From: a bacterium
GTDB lineage: Bacteria > CLD3 > SB21
Assembly (NCBI GenBank): GCA_013360215.1
Contig: JABWCP010000001.1
Coordinates: 24,193-88,192 of the forward strand
Reading direction: 5' to 3'
DNA: 64,000 nucleotides
Shown here: piece after piece, positions 39,186 through 50,196 of the stretch
Layout: each line of letters begins with the position of its first letter
Position numbering within the stretch: position 1 is the first letter of the stretch
Translations under genes and position numbers: made by a program
The notes under the pieces: model-generated
Database searches by the model: none
Told to the model about the DNA's origin: nothing
What the model saw: the letters and a program-made list of their open reading frames with translations, nothing else

Positions 39186-41177
39186 TTATTTTTGACTTTT
39201 TTGTAATCCGTCAGCTAAAAATGATTTAAAAATTTCGGGGTCGCGTTCAAGCCCGCCGAAACGAGCCAATACTTTTTCATCGGGCGTGATGATAACGTAA
39301 AACGGCAAAGCTACACTGCCGACCAAACGCTGCTGCAATTCCTGATAACGTTCCATGTCTTCTCCAAAATCAGTCCACAGCCGCGTCAACACCATACGAT
39401 CAAAGTAGGATTGAACGTCAGCGCGCGTAAACATGGTTTTTTCCATGAGGCGACAATTGGTGCAGGTTTTGCCGGTAAAATCAATAAACAACGGTTTGCC
39501 GGAAGTACGGGCTTCACGAAGCGCGGCCTCGTAATTTTCGATCCATGTGCCGTGTGACTCTGTACTCTTGGCATTTCCGGCCGTACGCACTACGCCATAA
39601 TCCGACGGTGGCAAATACGCATCCATATCAGCTTGTAACGGATTTCCGAAAAGCCCGCTGAGCAAATAGACCGTAAACGAAATAAATAAAAGTCCGGTCA
39701 TCGTACGGCCAAAACCTATTTCTTCGACTTCATCTTCGACAGACCAGCGAATTTTCCCCAACAGATAAATACCGCTGACGCCAAACAATGTGATCCATAT
39801 CGAAAGCATGGCCGGGCGTGTGAGCCACTGCAGATCCCAGACTAAGTCAACATTACTAAAAAATTTGAACGCCGCGGCTATTTCGACCAATCCCATGACA
39901 ATTTTTGTCGCATGAAGCCATCCGCCGCTTTTAGGTAGATTAGCGAGGTATTGCGGAAATAAAGAAAGAAAGAAAAATGGTGTAGAAAATGCCGTCGCAA
40001 AACACAACATCCCAATCACCGGCAGAAACCACTCTCCGTCGGCTGCCGCCACCATCAAAAGCCCGAGAAATTGCACGGTACAGGTAAATGAAACCAAAGT
40101 AAATGTAACACCGGCCATCAGCGTACCGATCGTTTGTCCGGTATGGGCTTGCTGTTGCGAAAAATTGACAATAAACGACGGTAGCCGAATTTCAAAAACC
40201 CCAAATAAACTCATTGCAAAAACGATGAATAAAATTCCGATCGCGAGATTCACCCAGGCGTTGGCAGCAAAATTTTGTGCTCCGGTAGCGCCGACGACAA
40301 GCGACATAAGCCATCCGAATAACGTAAACGACGCGATAATTCCGACGACATAGATCACCGACTGACGCACCGCCCCCGCCCGGCTTGATGCCGAATGTTT
40401 GGTAAAATATGAAACCGTAATCGGAATCATCGGAAAGACGCAGGGAGTGAGTAGCGCCAAGAGCCCTGTAAGAAATGCTAATCCGATGAATGAGGCCAAT
40501 GATTCTTGACGCAAACTTTCGTACGAAGCCGTGCGCTCCTGTATCGTCGAAACTTTATCCGACGCTGTTTGAGCGACGCTATCATGGGACGCAGAGCTTT
40601 TGTTTTCGGGATCAGCGACCGAATGGTTCTGCGGGCTGATGGTTTCAACGGCTTGGTTAGGATTTATTTTTTTTAAGGGTTTTATCGTCCCCGCGGATAA
40701 TCCGATCCATTGTTGCGAAATGGTATGCGTAGTCCGTATTGTTTTAGGAGGAAGGCAATAAGATTCGGTACACGCCTGATACGTCATCGCGACGGTTATT
40801 ATGTCGCTCGTTTTTGCCGTTGCGTTAAGCTTGAGCTTCTGTTTAAATACAGCTTTACCGGAGTGCCACGTCACGTCAATGCCAAATCCCTCATCATGAT
40901 GACGTTTCCCCTCCGGGCTCATCACTTCTCCGACGAGCTCTATACCTTCCGGCAACGTAAATTTAAATTCCGTTGCGATGGGACCGTCGAGTTTTTCCAT
41001 TCCGTAAACGTGGTATTTCGAATCAATATCAGCTACGATTTCCAAAACCGGTTGGCCGTTTTCGATCGCCTCACGGGTTGAAAGTTTAACTACGTTGGTT
41101 TGCGCACGTGCCGGTATGCCGGAGAAAATTAAGAATGTAAGAATAACGACAATCGTTCGCTTTGTTTTATACATCAT
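39186..41177 (-). CDS. dsbD: Thiol:disulfide interchange protein DsbD
   Basis: N-domain YQAC...CLPP, membrane domain LTPCVFPMIP and SFTCT, thioredoxin domain DFTG.TC.NC..ME. Confidence 0.9.
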   Translation of the reverse strand: MMYKTKRTIVVILTFLIFSGIPARAQTNVVKLSTREAIENGQPVLEIVADIDSKYHVYGMEKLDGPIATEFKFTLPEGIELVGEVMSPEGKRHHDEGFGIDVTWHSGKAVFKQKLKLNATAKTSDIITVAMTYQACTESYCLPPKTIRTTHTISQQWIGLSAGTIKPLKKINPNQAVETISPQNHSVADPENKSSASHDSVAQTASDKVSTIQERTASYESLRQESLASFIGLAFLTGLLALLTPCVFPMIPITVSYFTKHSASSRAGAVRQSVIYVVGIIASFTLFGWLMSLVVGATGAQNFAANAWVNLAIGILFIVFAMSLFGVFEIRLPSFIVNFSQQQAHTGQTIGTLMAGVTFTLVSFTCTVQFLGLLMVAAADGEWFLPVIGMLCFATAFSTPFFFLSLFPQYLANLPKSGGWLHATKIVMGLVEIAAAFKFFSNVDLVWDLQWLTRPAMLSIWITLFGVSGIYLLGKIRWSVEDEVEEIGFGRTMTGLLFISFTVYLLSGLFGNPLQADMDAYLPPSDYGVVRTAGNAKSTESHGTWIENYEAALREARTSGKPLFIDFTGKTCTNCRLMEKTMFTRADVQSYFDRMVLTRLWTDFGEDMERYQELQQRLVGSVALPFYVIITPDEKVLARFGGLERDPEIFKSFLADGLQKSQK

Positions 41178-42249
41178 GTTTTTCCTTAATTGCAAGTTGC
41201 CCGCAAGCCGCCGCAATATCCCTGCCCCGGGAGCGACGTAATGTTAAAGGCGATGAAATACCTGAAACTAATTTCATAAATCGCGCGATATGCTCCGGCG
41301 AAGGGCGTTTCAGATCGGGGCCTTCGATGGGATTGTACGGTATAACATTCACTTTACATTTTCCTAATTGTTTAGCCATCGTACGTAAGCGTTTGGCATC
41401 GTCATCCGAATCATTAACGCCCGCAAGTAAAACATATTCCAGCGTCGCCGGGTTTTTTCGCCGGGCATTGAGATATTGGATAGATTCCAGCAAATCCTTA
41501 AGCGGATATTTTTTGGTAATGGGCATCACTTTTTGCCGCACCTCATCCGTCGTGGCATTGACACTGATCGCGAGATTGTAAGGCAAATCGGCGGCGGCAA
41601 ACTCATAAATTTTGGGGATAATACCTGAGGTGGATATGGTGATTCGTTTAGGCGCCAAACCGGGACCATGTTCCGATATTATAATGCCCGCCGCATTCAT
41701 GACATTTTCATAATTAAGAAACGGTTCGCCCATGCCCATAAAAACAATATTGGATATCTCAGGATCGATTTCACGACGGATATACATAAGCTGCCCGATG
41801 ATCTCGCCGACACTAAGGTTGCGACGAAACCCCATCCAGCCTGTGGCGCAAAATTGGCATGCTACCGCACAGCCGACCTGGGAGGAAATACAAACCGTTT
41901 TACGCCCCTCATCGGGTATATACACGGCCTCAACTTTTTCACCGTCCGCAAGCTGAAATAAAATTTTTCGCGTTACGTCGTTCTCTTTTTCGCCGGAAGT
42001 TTGGATTTTGATCACGGTATCGGTTATGATAACGGCGGATGCATGCAGCTTATCCCGTAAGGATTTGGACAAATCCGACATATCATCAAAATTTGTGACA
42101 CCGCGTTTATACATCCATTGAAAAACCTGTACGGCACGGAATTTTTTTTCACCCAACGCTTCAAAAAACGATTCCAGTTCGGGCAATGTCTTGCCGAAAA
42201 TATTGATCGTCTCGGGCTTTAAATTTTGATTTTTTGCAATGCTTTTCAT
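41167..42249 (-). CDS. rlmN: 23S rRNA (adenine(2503)-C2)-methyltransferase
   Basis: CISSQVGCAVACQFCATG, VFMGMGEP, EYVLL.GVND, DIAAACGQL. Confidence 0.96.
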   Translation of the reverse strand: MKSIAKNQNLKPETINIFGKTLPELESFFEALGEKKFRAVQVFQWMYKRGVTNFDDMSDLSKSLRDKLHASAVIITDTVIKIQTSGEKENDVTRKILFQLADGEKVEAVYIPDEGRKTVCISSQVGCAVACQFCATGWMGFRRNLSVGEIIGQLMYIRREIDPEISNIVFMGMGEPFLNYENVMNAAGIIISEHGPGLAPKRITISTSGIIPKIYEFAAADLPYNLAISVNATTDEVRQKVMPITKKYPLKDLLESIQYLNARRKNPATLEYVLLAGVNDSDDDAKRLRTMAKQLGKCKVNVIPYNPIEGPDLKRPSPEHIARFMKLVSGISSPLTLRRSRGRDIAAACGQLAIKEKHDV

Positions 42250-42337
42250 TGGTTTGCAACATATTAACTCCGGTGAAGATAAACAAGATTTTTTAGCCGC
42301 CCCTTGCACGTCACGGCAAATCATTGTATCATGCGCC

Positions 42338-42973
42338 ATGAATTTTTATGCACGTGTAACCGTATTTCTTTTATCCTTGGTCTCCATTTTATTAACGGCA
42401 TGTTCCGGAAAATCGTATTCAACCGATACCCCGGAAAACTGCCATAATGCCGTGGTGACTGCGATCCGTACGCAGGATTTTGGCGCCTTATATACTCTGA
42501 TAGACACCGCCATTCGTTCCGATGTACGTACATACTTTCACAATACACGCTCTGTATTATCCATGATCGATTTGTCCTATCCTCCCAGCCAGCATATCGC
42601 GGCACGCGGTGATCTGACGTTACGATTCAACAATGACTCTCTGACGATGGCGTATTTTGAAAAAATCAGTACCGACACGGTTTTGTTTTCCGATGTTTCA
42701 TCGCGCAGCATCGGTAATGTTTCGTGGTGGGAAAACATTATCCAGGCCTATCGTGCACACGCTGAAAAAATTATCGAGGAAGATGGTTTTGCTTCTGTCA
42801 TCACGTCTGCCGGTGATACGGTGCTCTATCAACGTTATAACGACGGTAAATGGTACTGCCTATTGCCGGTTCATACGTTTTGGAAAACTCTCGCCACGGT
42901 CAGTCGGCAAAACTTAGAAGTAACCCGTCGCAATAGTATCGTTTTTTCATCCGCATTACAGGATACGCTATGA
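42338..42973 (+). CDS. Hypothetical lipoprotein
   Basis: Lipobox LLTAC after ATG 42338. The stop overlaps the next start (ATGA). Confidence 0.65.
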   Translation: MNFYARVTVFLLSLVSILLTACSGKSYSTDTPENCHNAVVTAIRTQDFGALYTLIDTAIRSDVRTYFHNTRSVLSMIDLSYPPSQHIAARGDLTLRFNNDSLTMAYFEKISTDTVLFSDVSSRSIGNVSWWENIIQAYRAHAEKIIEEDGFASVITSAGDTVLYQRYNDGKWYCLLPVHTFWKTLATVSRQNLEVTRRNSIVFSSALQDTL

Positions 42974-43611
42974 GTCTAAAGTTACCTTGGGATATCGAAT
43001 CGCTGCATCTGATTTGCGAACGTGACGAAGAATCTTGGCTTCACGGTGGCACGCATTATTTCCATGACAATAATTCTTCGATCCTCGCCGTAGCCCATCT
43101 GGATTGTGTTCAGGCATATGCGGGATTTGACTTTGAAGAAACCGACGGGCATTCGACGGTGCATTGCACTACATTGGACGATCGCCTTGGGGTATATATC
43201 ATTACGGAATTACTTCCCACCATAGGAGTGACTACGGATATACTCTTAAGTACCGATGCACGGCATGGTGAAAGTACGGCACAAATGTTTATACCGGAAA
43301 AAAGATACCATTGGATCTTTTCGTTTGATCGAAAAGGGTCGGGTGTTGTTTTATACCAATACGGCGATGCGGAAACCATACAGCGAATGCAAAAATACGG
43401 ATTTGATGTGCATGAAGGCTACCGCTCGGACATTGTTTTGATGGATCACTTGGAGTGCAAAGCATTTAATTTTGGCTGTGGATATCATGAACCTTTGACA
43501 GACAAATCCTTTGCGGTATTGGACGAATCGGAGGCAAATATTCTCCGATTTCAACAATTTTACAACGATCATAAAAACACGCTGATGCCGCATGTGCCGT
43601 CGTATTTATAA
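42970..43611 (+). CDS. Zn-exopeptidase (M28/M20)-fold protein with altered metal/catalytic motifs
   Basis: VAHLD, LDDRLG, FDRKG..V.Y, G..SDI, NFGCGY. Confidence 0.65.
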   Translation: MSLKLPWDIESLHLICERDEESWLHGGTHYFHDNNSSILAVAHLDCVQAYAGFDFEETDGHSTVHCTTLDDRLGVYIITELLPTIGVTTDILLSTDARHGESTAQMFIPEKRYHWIFSFDRKGSGVVLYQYGDAETIQRMQKYGFDVHEGYRSDIVLMDHLECKAFNFGCGYHEPLTDKSFAVLDESEANILRFQQFYNDHKNTLMPHVPSYL

Positions 43612-43650
43612 CATTATGCAACTTTAATTTATCAACCAATCATACTTTTT

Positions 43651-46377
43651 ATGTCCGAACGTTTATTCTTATTAGATGGTATGGCCTTAGCTTATCGCGC
43701 ATATTTTGCATTTATTCATAATCCTTTGAAAAATGCTAAAGGTGAAAATACCAGCGCGGTATTCGGTTTTATTAATGCCTTGATCAAAATCCGTGATGAA
43801 GAAAAACCGGATTACATCGCCGTTGCGTTTGATCTCGCTGAACCTACGTTTCGACACAAGCAATATAGCGAATACAAAGCAACGCGTGAAAAAATGCCGG
43901 AAGACATGGTGCCGCAACTTCATTATCTCAAAGAACTGACTGAAGCCATGGGCGTACCTATTCTCGAGTACCCGGGCTATGAAGCAGATGATGTGATCGG
44001 TACATTATCCGTACGCGCCGCACAGCAAGGTGTCGTGGCACACATGGTGACGGGTGATAAAGATTTCATGCAGCTGATCGGCCCCAATATCGTAATGTAT
44101 AATCCCTTAAAAAAAGGCGGCGAAAAAGAAATCATCGGACGCGAAGGTGTTCTTGAAAAATTTGGCGTCGAGCCTTCGCAAGTCACCGATATACTGGGCC
44201 TCATGGGCGATGCCGCTGATAATATACCCGGCGTAAAAGGTATCGGAGAAAAAACTGCGGCCAAATTGATCAATCAATACGGCTCCATCGAAAAAATATA
44301 CGAACAAATTGATAGCATCAAAGGAAAGCTGCGCGAAAACCTGGAACAACATAAAGAGGATGCTTTCCTTTCCAAGTCGCTCGCAACGATTGCACTGGAT
44401 GTGCCGCTTCGCGAAGATATCCATGATCTGCGTGGCCGGACGCCGGATCATCAAAAAGTCACTCGCCTTCTTACCGAACTCGAATTCAAGTCTTTGATTA
44501 AAAAAATTTTAAAAAACGAATCCGATTTATTCGTCGATGATACACCGCCTCAGCGTGAACGTGCGCCGGAAGCCGCTCGTAATTATCATACACTCCAAAC
44601 CGAAGTGGCTATTCAAGAACTTGTCACCAAGTTAACGAACTCAGGCGGCTTCGCGTGGGACACAGAAACGACCGATGCCGATCCGATGCGTGCTGAGTTA
44701 GTGGGCTTTTCATTCAGTTGGACCGAAGGCGAAGCCTTTTACATTCCTTGCAATGGAAACGTCCCTGTCGAAACAATTTGCACTTTATTGAAACCCGTAT
44801 TGGAAGACTCGTCCATTCCCAAGTGGGGACAAAATACCAAATACGATATCATCGTCGTATCACACTATGGTATCGAAGTACAAGGAACTGCTTTTGACAC
44901 TATGATAGCGGGGCATCTGTTGCACTCCGACAAAGAGGTCAACATTGACGCTCTAGCCGCGTCCTATCTTGGGATTGAAAAAATTCCCACAACGGATCTG
45001 ATCGGCACCGGAAAAAATCAGATTACGATGCGGGATGTCCCCATCGAAAAAGTCAGCGTTTATGCCAGTGAAGACGCGGACTGCGTCGTACGTTTAAAAA
45101 ATGTCATGTCCCCTTTGCTCAAAGAAACGCATAGTGCAAAAATTTTTAATACGATTGAAATGCCGCTTATTCCGGTGCTTCAACTAATGGAACGCCACGG
45201 CGTATGGCTTGATTTGGAAATTTTAAGTACGATGTCCAAAGATTTTGCCGTACAAATCACTCAGGAAGAACAACGCATTTTCAAAGAAGCCGGAACTGAC
45301 TTCAATATGAATTCGCCTCAACAGCTTGGTGAAATACTTTTTGAAAAACTGCAAATTCATAAATTGGCCGGTATCGAAAAACCGAAACTAACGGGTAAGA
45401 CCAAACAATACGCCACGGATGTAAAAATATTAGAACAATATCGTACGCTACCGATCGTTGAGGCTATACTCAATTACCGCCAGCTGACCAAACTTAAGTC
45501 AACTTATATTGACGGCCTTCCCCCGCTTCGTAATCCTCGAACCGGGCGTATTCACACGACATTCAATCAAACGATCGCCGCTACTGGACGTTTATCATCG
45601 ACTAATCCCAATTTTCAAAATATCCCTATACGTACCGACATGGGCCGTGAAATTCGTCGCGCATTTACAGCACAGGAAAAAGGTTGGGTTTTGTTATCAG
45701 CCGATTATTCGCAGATCGAACTTCGTGTTATGGCGCACATGTCCGGAGATGAAAATTTAATAGCGGCGTTTTCTGAGGATGCTGATATTCACACAAGTAC
45801 AGCCGCAAGGGTGTTCGGCGTCCCGGCCAATGAAGTGACAAAGGACTTGCGCCGAAAGGCTAAAGACATTAATTTCGGCGTCATTTACGGTATTTCACCG
45901 TTTGGCTTGGCACAACGAATCGGCATGAGCCAAGCCGAAGCACGCGACTTTATTCATAGTTACTTTGCTACATATCCTAAAGTAAAGTCGTATATCGAAT
46001 CGGTTATTGCCAAGGGAAAAGAAGACGCCTTTGTAACAACTCTCTTTGGTCGCCGACGGTATTTACCGGACTTACAAAGTAAAAACTTTACAGTACGCCA
46101 GTTTGCAGAGCGCGCAGCGACTAATACGCCGATACAAGGAACGGCCGCTGAGATTATAAAAATGGCTATGCTCAAAACACATGCGGCGCTTGAGAAAAGT
46201 TCACTTTCGGCAAAAATGATTTTACAGGTTCATGATGAATTGGTATTTGAAACACCACAGACCGAATTACAGCAACTTGAAGCGTTAGTTCGTTCGTCCA
46301 TGGAGTCTGCTGTTCAGATGAAAGTTGCACTTAAGGTGGATATGGGCAGCGGTGACAATTGGTTAGAAACAAAATAA
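43651..46377 (+). CDS. polA: DNA polymerase I
   Basis: 5'-3' exonuclease LLDG..LAYRAY/EADD, 3'-5' exonuclease WDTET, TGRLSS..PN.QNIP, DYSQIELR, LQVHDELV. Confidence 0.98.
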   Translation: MSERLFLLDGMALAYRAYFAFIHNPLKNAKGENTSAVFGFINALIKIRDEEKPDYIAVAFDLAEPTFRHKQYSEYKATREKMPEDMVPQLHYLKELTEAMGVPILEYPGYEADDVIGTLSVRAAQQGVVAHMVTGDKDFMQLIGPNIVMYNPLKKGGEKEIIGREGVLEKFGVEPSQVTDILGLMGDAADNIPGVKGIGEKTAAKLINQYGSIEKIYEQIDSIKGKLRENLEQHKEDAFLSKSLATIALDVPLREDIHDLRGRTPDHQKVTRLLTELEFKSLIKKILKNESDLFVDDTPPQRERAPEAARNYHTLQTEVAIQELVTKLTNSGGFAWDTETTDADPMRAELVGFSFSWTEGEAFYIPCNGNVPVETICTLLKPVLEDSSIPKWGQNTKYDIIVVSHYGIEVQGTAFDTMIAGHLLHSDKEVNIDALAASYLGIEKIPTTDLIGTGKNQITMRDVPIEKVSVYASEDADCVVRLKNVMSPLLKETHSAKIFNTIEMPLIPVLQLMERHGVWLDLEILSTMSKDFAVQITQEEQRIFKEAGTDFNMNSPQQLGEILFEKLQIHKLAGIEKPKLTGKTKQYATDVKILEQYRTLPIVEAILNYRQLTKLKSTYIDGLPPLRNPRTGRIHTTFNQTIAATGRLSSTNPNFQNIPIRTDMGREIRRAFTAQEKGWVLLSADYSQIELRVMAHMSGDENLIAAFSEDADIHTSTAARVFGVPANEVTKDLRRKAKDINFGVIYGISPFGLAQRIGMSQAEARDFIHSYFATYPKVKSYIESVIAKGKEDAFVTTLFGRRRYLPDLQSKNFTVRQFAERAATNTPIQGTAAEIIKMAMLKTHAALEKSSLSAKMILQVHDELVFETPQTELQQLEALVRSSMESAVQMKVALKVDMGSGDNWLETK

Positions 46378-46401
46378 AAATTGATATAACAAGGAGACAG
46401 T

Positions 46402-47454
46402 ATGGCTTCCGTGAAAGCAAGTAAGATCAATTACAAAACAATAGTCATAGCGGTATGCGGGTTAATACTCGTGGGATTGGCAATTTGGTACTTCTTTTTA
46501 CGTTCTAAAGAATATCCGGGCGTACCCCGTACGGCCGTAAAGTATTATAAAGAAGGTTTGGATTCGTTAGATGCCGGACGTATCGAAGCCGCCGCAAATC
46601 TCTTCACTAAGGCCGTGGATCTGGATCATACCTTTGCGGATGCATGTGCCAAGTTGGCAGAAACTTATTATCAGGCTGGCGCTGTTCATAAACGAAATAA
46701 AGATATTAAAATGCAAAACGCGATGTTTGATCAATCCAAGAGGTTCATGAATATGGCCTTTGATGCAAACCCACTAAATGGAAATGCGTATTTTGTTCGC
46801 GGTTTATTGCATTACGAAAATGAAGAATGGTCAGATGCTACGCGTGATTTAGAATTAGCCATTATTTATGGAGTTAGTAATTTCAACGTGCACTCGACAC
46901 TGGCTTATTTATATAATCAAAGTGAGCTCACGGCAAAATGTGTCGAACAGTATCAAAAAGCGTTGAACTACAAGAAAAATGATGTGCGGACATTAACCAA
47001 TTTGGGCGATATATATTTTCAGTTGGAAAATTATACAGTAGCAACCGATTATTACTCAAGTGTTCTTAAAGAAAACGAGAGTAATATTAAAATTAAAACT
47101 CGCTATGCGGTTGCTCTTTGGAAATCCGGGCAACAAGAAACGGCTAAAAATATTTTGAATCAAATTTTATCAGATGATGCCGGTAAAAAAGTTCAAAACT
47201 ATAACGCTATCGCATGGGCGTTAGTAGATAACGATGTTGACTATGAATGGGGACTCAAGCTTGCTCAAGCTGCCGATGAAATGAAACCCAACAATATTGA
47301 ATCTTTAAATATCTTAGGTTGGGCTTATTTTAAGTTAAAAGATTATGATAAAGCCATCCAACATTTGAGCAAGTCATACAAACAAACCAAATCAGATGAT
47401 GTAAAAGAAAGAATTCGCCTCATCAAAGAGCAACAAGAAAAATCGAGTAAATAA
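46402..47454 (+). CDS. Membrane-anchored tetratricopeptide repeat protein
   Basis: One N-terminal TM helix then TPR repeats (LGDIYFQL.NY..A..YY, LGWAYFKL.DY.KA). AAGGAG RBS. Confidence 0.85.
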   Translation: MASVKASKINYKTIVIAVCGLILVGLAIWYFFLRSKEYPGVPRTAVKYYKEGLDSLDAGRIEAAANLFTKAVDLDHTFADACAKLAETYYQAGAVHKRNKDIKMQNAMFDQSKRFMNMAFDANPLNGNAYFVRGLLHYENEEWSDATRDLELAIIYGVSNFNVHSTLAYLYNQSELTAKCVEQYQKALNYKKNDVRTLTNLGDIYFQLENYTVATDYYSSVLKENESNIKIKTRYAVALWKSGQQETAKNILNQILSDDAGKKVQNYNAIAWALVDNDVDYEWGLKLAQAADEMKPNNIESLNILGWAYFKLKDYDKAIQHLSKSYKQTKSDDVKERIRLIKEQQEKSSK

Positions 47455-47470
47455 TAAATCCAAATAAATT

Positions 47471-49327
47471 CTACGATTGACCGCCTAACGCCTGCTCTAC
47501 CAACCGCAGGCGTTTTCTTATTTCATTTTGATATATGGATTTTGGAAATTTTACTAACAATTGCCGATAGAGCTGAATCGCTCTATCAGGTCGATTTAAT
47601 TTATAATCGTAAATTTCGGCCGCTTTTTTTAAAGCCAAATCAGCCTGAATGCCTTGGGGTTCAGCTGTCAAAACTTGATAAAACGTACTCACGGCTTCAT
47701 TGTACTGACCGAGCCGCTCGTGGGTTATTCCGATCCGCATCAAAATCCATTCTTTTAGACGACTCTCCCCCAGCGTTTCGCTGATATGGTTGAGCTCACG
47801 CAAAGCTTCTGTATACTTTCGTTGCTCTGCCAGCAAATCGGATTTTGCGATAGCCTTCTGAAACGATAAATTCTTCTTACTCTCCTGCAAAAGTAAAATG
47901 AAAGAAAGCGCATCGTTGACATATAAACCGTTAGGTACTTTAGCCAAAGACTGCATACGTTTATAGCACGTATCTATGTGACCGTTATAAAAATCAATTT
48001 TAGCTAAGGCAAATTCAGCGCGCTCCAAGTAAATTGGAGTACGGTTGATCCGCATGGCTTCTTTATAACGCTGAGCACTGTTATCTATTTCGCCGCGAAT
48101 CAAATGACATTCGCCCAAGCGAAACAACGATTCGATGGCGAAATTATTTTTAGCAAAATTTCGGTACACCGCTTCATAGTGACGAATAGCTTCATCAACG
48201 TCAAACATTCGGTTTAAATAAATTTCTCCAAGTCGAAAATGCGCTTCGGCCGCCCACTCTAAATTTTTATATTTTTCAGCAATGTTTTTGTAAACTTCGA
48301 TGGCTTGATTAGTATAGCGCAATTCGGCTACCATAGCTTGGCCAAGCGATGTATCCTGAAAAGCTTTTACTTCCGATGTGCGTACATCTTGATTTTCCCA
48401 ACATCGCGCTAAACCCATTTCAGCTTGCGGCGCATTAGGGTACTGATTAAGAAATGATTTGTAGGCTTTCTCAGCTATCGTATATCGTTGTGCGCCAAAT
48501 GCCATATCCGCAAATGCGAGGAACTCCGTCCCCTGTTTTTGAAACTGTTCATCTAATTGAATTGTGGTAGCAAACGCCGCATCCATGCGTCCGGTTTTAA
48601 ATTGAAGTTCTCCAATGAGCTTGAGCAGTTTAGGTTCTTTGGGTAATTGCTGAATATAGATTTTTACAGCGTTTACGATAGTATCCAAATCTGCGGATAC
48701 ATCGCCGAATTGTAATATTTGCTGACGCACGTAATCAAATGTCCCCATGCCGTAAGACCAAAACGAGAGAAATTCAAGCGTAGCCGCATGATAGTCGCCG
48801 CGATATTGCTGCAAGTTGGCCATTTCAGCAATAAACAGTTTTTCGTTACGCAATGTTTTACGCGCCGATTTATACAATCGTTCCAATTCATCCCATCGAC
48901 GGTTTTCCATTAAAATCGAAGCAAATACGCGGTAATTCCCGATTGGGTTTTGTCCGGTAGAAATATACTTTTGTATTATGGTAGCAGCTAGCTCCGGGCG
49001 TTTAAGTTTATAATAATTATCAGTTAATTCTGCCCAAAATGTAATTTGGGACGAATCACTTTGAATCTGCGCCAAAAGTACGCGCTCTCTCAATTCATAT
49101 TTTCCTAAAGTTTTATACGCGCGTTTCAGGCGATCTGCTATAACGATATTTGAGGGGTCTTTTTGATATAATTTTTCATAAATGGTCACTGCTTTTTCAA
49201 ATTGACCATCCGCTTCCAGACTTTGTGCGAGGCTCATCGGATCACCGCTTTGCGCGCTGATTGGAACTATCTTAAAAAGAAAAACAGCAACGTAAAAAGT
49301 TGCTGTTATTAAAATACGACTGAACAT
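47471..49327 (-). CDS. Secreted tetratricopeptide repeat protein
   Basis: Signal peptide; many TPRs (AHFRLGEIY, SLFRLGECH); C-terminal LL..FP.S.Y....RKR.R. Confidence 0.85.
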   Translation of the reverse strand: MFSRILITATFYVAVFLFKIVPISAQSGDPMSLAQSLEADGQFEKAVTIYEKLYQKDPSNIVIADRLKRAYKTLGKYELRERVLLAQIQSDSSQITFWAELTDNYYKLKRPELAATIIQKYISTGQNPIGNYRVFASILMENRRWDELERLYKSARKTLRNEKLFIAEMANLQQYRGDYHAATLEFLSFWSYGMGTFDYVRQQILQFGDVSADLDTIVNAVKIYIQQLPKEPKLLKLIGELQFKTGRMDAAFATTIQLDEQFQKQGTEFLAFADMAFGAQRYTIAEKAYKSFLNQYPNAPQAEMGLARCWENQDVRTSEVKAFQDTSLGQAMVAELRYTNQAIEVYKNIAEKYKNLEWAAEAHFRLGEIYLNRMFDVDEAIRHYEAVYRNFAKNNFAIESLFRLGECHLIRGEIDNSAQRYKEAMRINRTPIYLERAEFALAKIDFYNGHIDTCYKRMQSLAKVPNGLYVNDALSFILLLQESKKNLSFQKAIAKSDLLAEQRKYTEALRELNHISETLGESRLKEWILMRIGITHERLGQYNEAVSTFYQVLTAEPQGIQADLALKKAAEIYDYKLNRPDRAIQLYRQLLVKFPKSIYQNEIRKRLRLVEQALGGQS

Positions 49328-49338
49328 ATTATCCCTGA

Positions 49339-50196
49339 TTATTTGATGGATTCCACGCGAAGTTTTCCTAGCCCGGTTTCCAAGTGTAATTCCAAAACAG
49401 CATCCGAAGCGTCAAATCCTTTGGAAATATATAACCCGTCACGCTTCTTCACAAAATCATTATGATCAATTCGAATTGATGATAAATACGATTCGTCCGT
49501 ATGTATTTTTACGGCAAGGTTCTGAGGCAATCGTATAATAAGACTACCGATGCCTACTGTAATATGCGCCGACGCACTTTGTGTCATCGTTCCCGAAAAA
49601 TCCAACATATAATTTCCTACACCGCCTTCAAACTCTAGTTTTTCGAAGTTGGCATTGCCTAAGCCGTACATATTAAGCTTAGAAATACCGGCTTCGATTC
49701 TAAATTTATTGATGCGATCACGATTGAGTGTCGAGAAGCGTATATTGGACGAACTGGCACCCATATTGAGCGTAAGATCGCGAACGCGTAACTGAGTAAA
49801 ATCCATCTCACTCTCACAGGCACCCAAATCAATTTTAAACGATACTGGTATCTTGTCCGTCAGATACATCTGTATATCTTGATTGCCCACATCGAAGAAG
49901 CCCACATTGTTTTCTTCGTCCATACGCATGGAAATCATACCGGTGGTACCGTTTTTTTCATAGTCCACGGTCGGTTTGACTTCACGATCTTCTGATTGTA
50001 TCGTTATTCGAGCAAGCTTGTCCGTTGAAATCCTTTTTAGCGATAACTTGCCGGCGGCATACTCAAGACGAACTTTTAATTCCTTTTCATCCGTACGTTC
50101 GATCTCCTGCACATCATATTGCCCAACTGCAGGCAATACCTGTAAAATAAACAGCCATAAAAAGTAGAAGATCTTATTTGCTGGATTGAACGTCAT
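49339..50196 (-). CDS. Toast-rack / LiaF-like beta-solenoid envelope protein
   Basis: Signal peptide; repeats LGACES.MDF..L.V..L.L.MGA, GGVG.Y.LDFSG, VG.GSL.I..P. Confidence 0.7.
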   Translation of the reverse strand: MTFNPANKIFYFLWLFILQVLPAVGQYDVQEIERTDEKELKVRLEYAAGKLSLKRISTDKLARITIQSEDREVKPTVDYEKNGTTGMISMRMDEENNVGFFDVGNQDIQMYLTDKIPVSFKIDLGACESEMDFTQLRVRDLTLNMGASSSNIRFSTLNRDRINKFRIEAGISKLNMYGLGNANFEKLEFEGGVGNYMLDFSGTMTQSASAHITVGIGSLIIRLPQNLAVKIHTDESYLSSIRIDHNDFVKKRDGLYISKGFDASDAVLELHLETGLGKLRVESIK

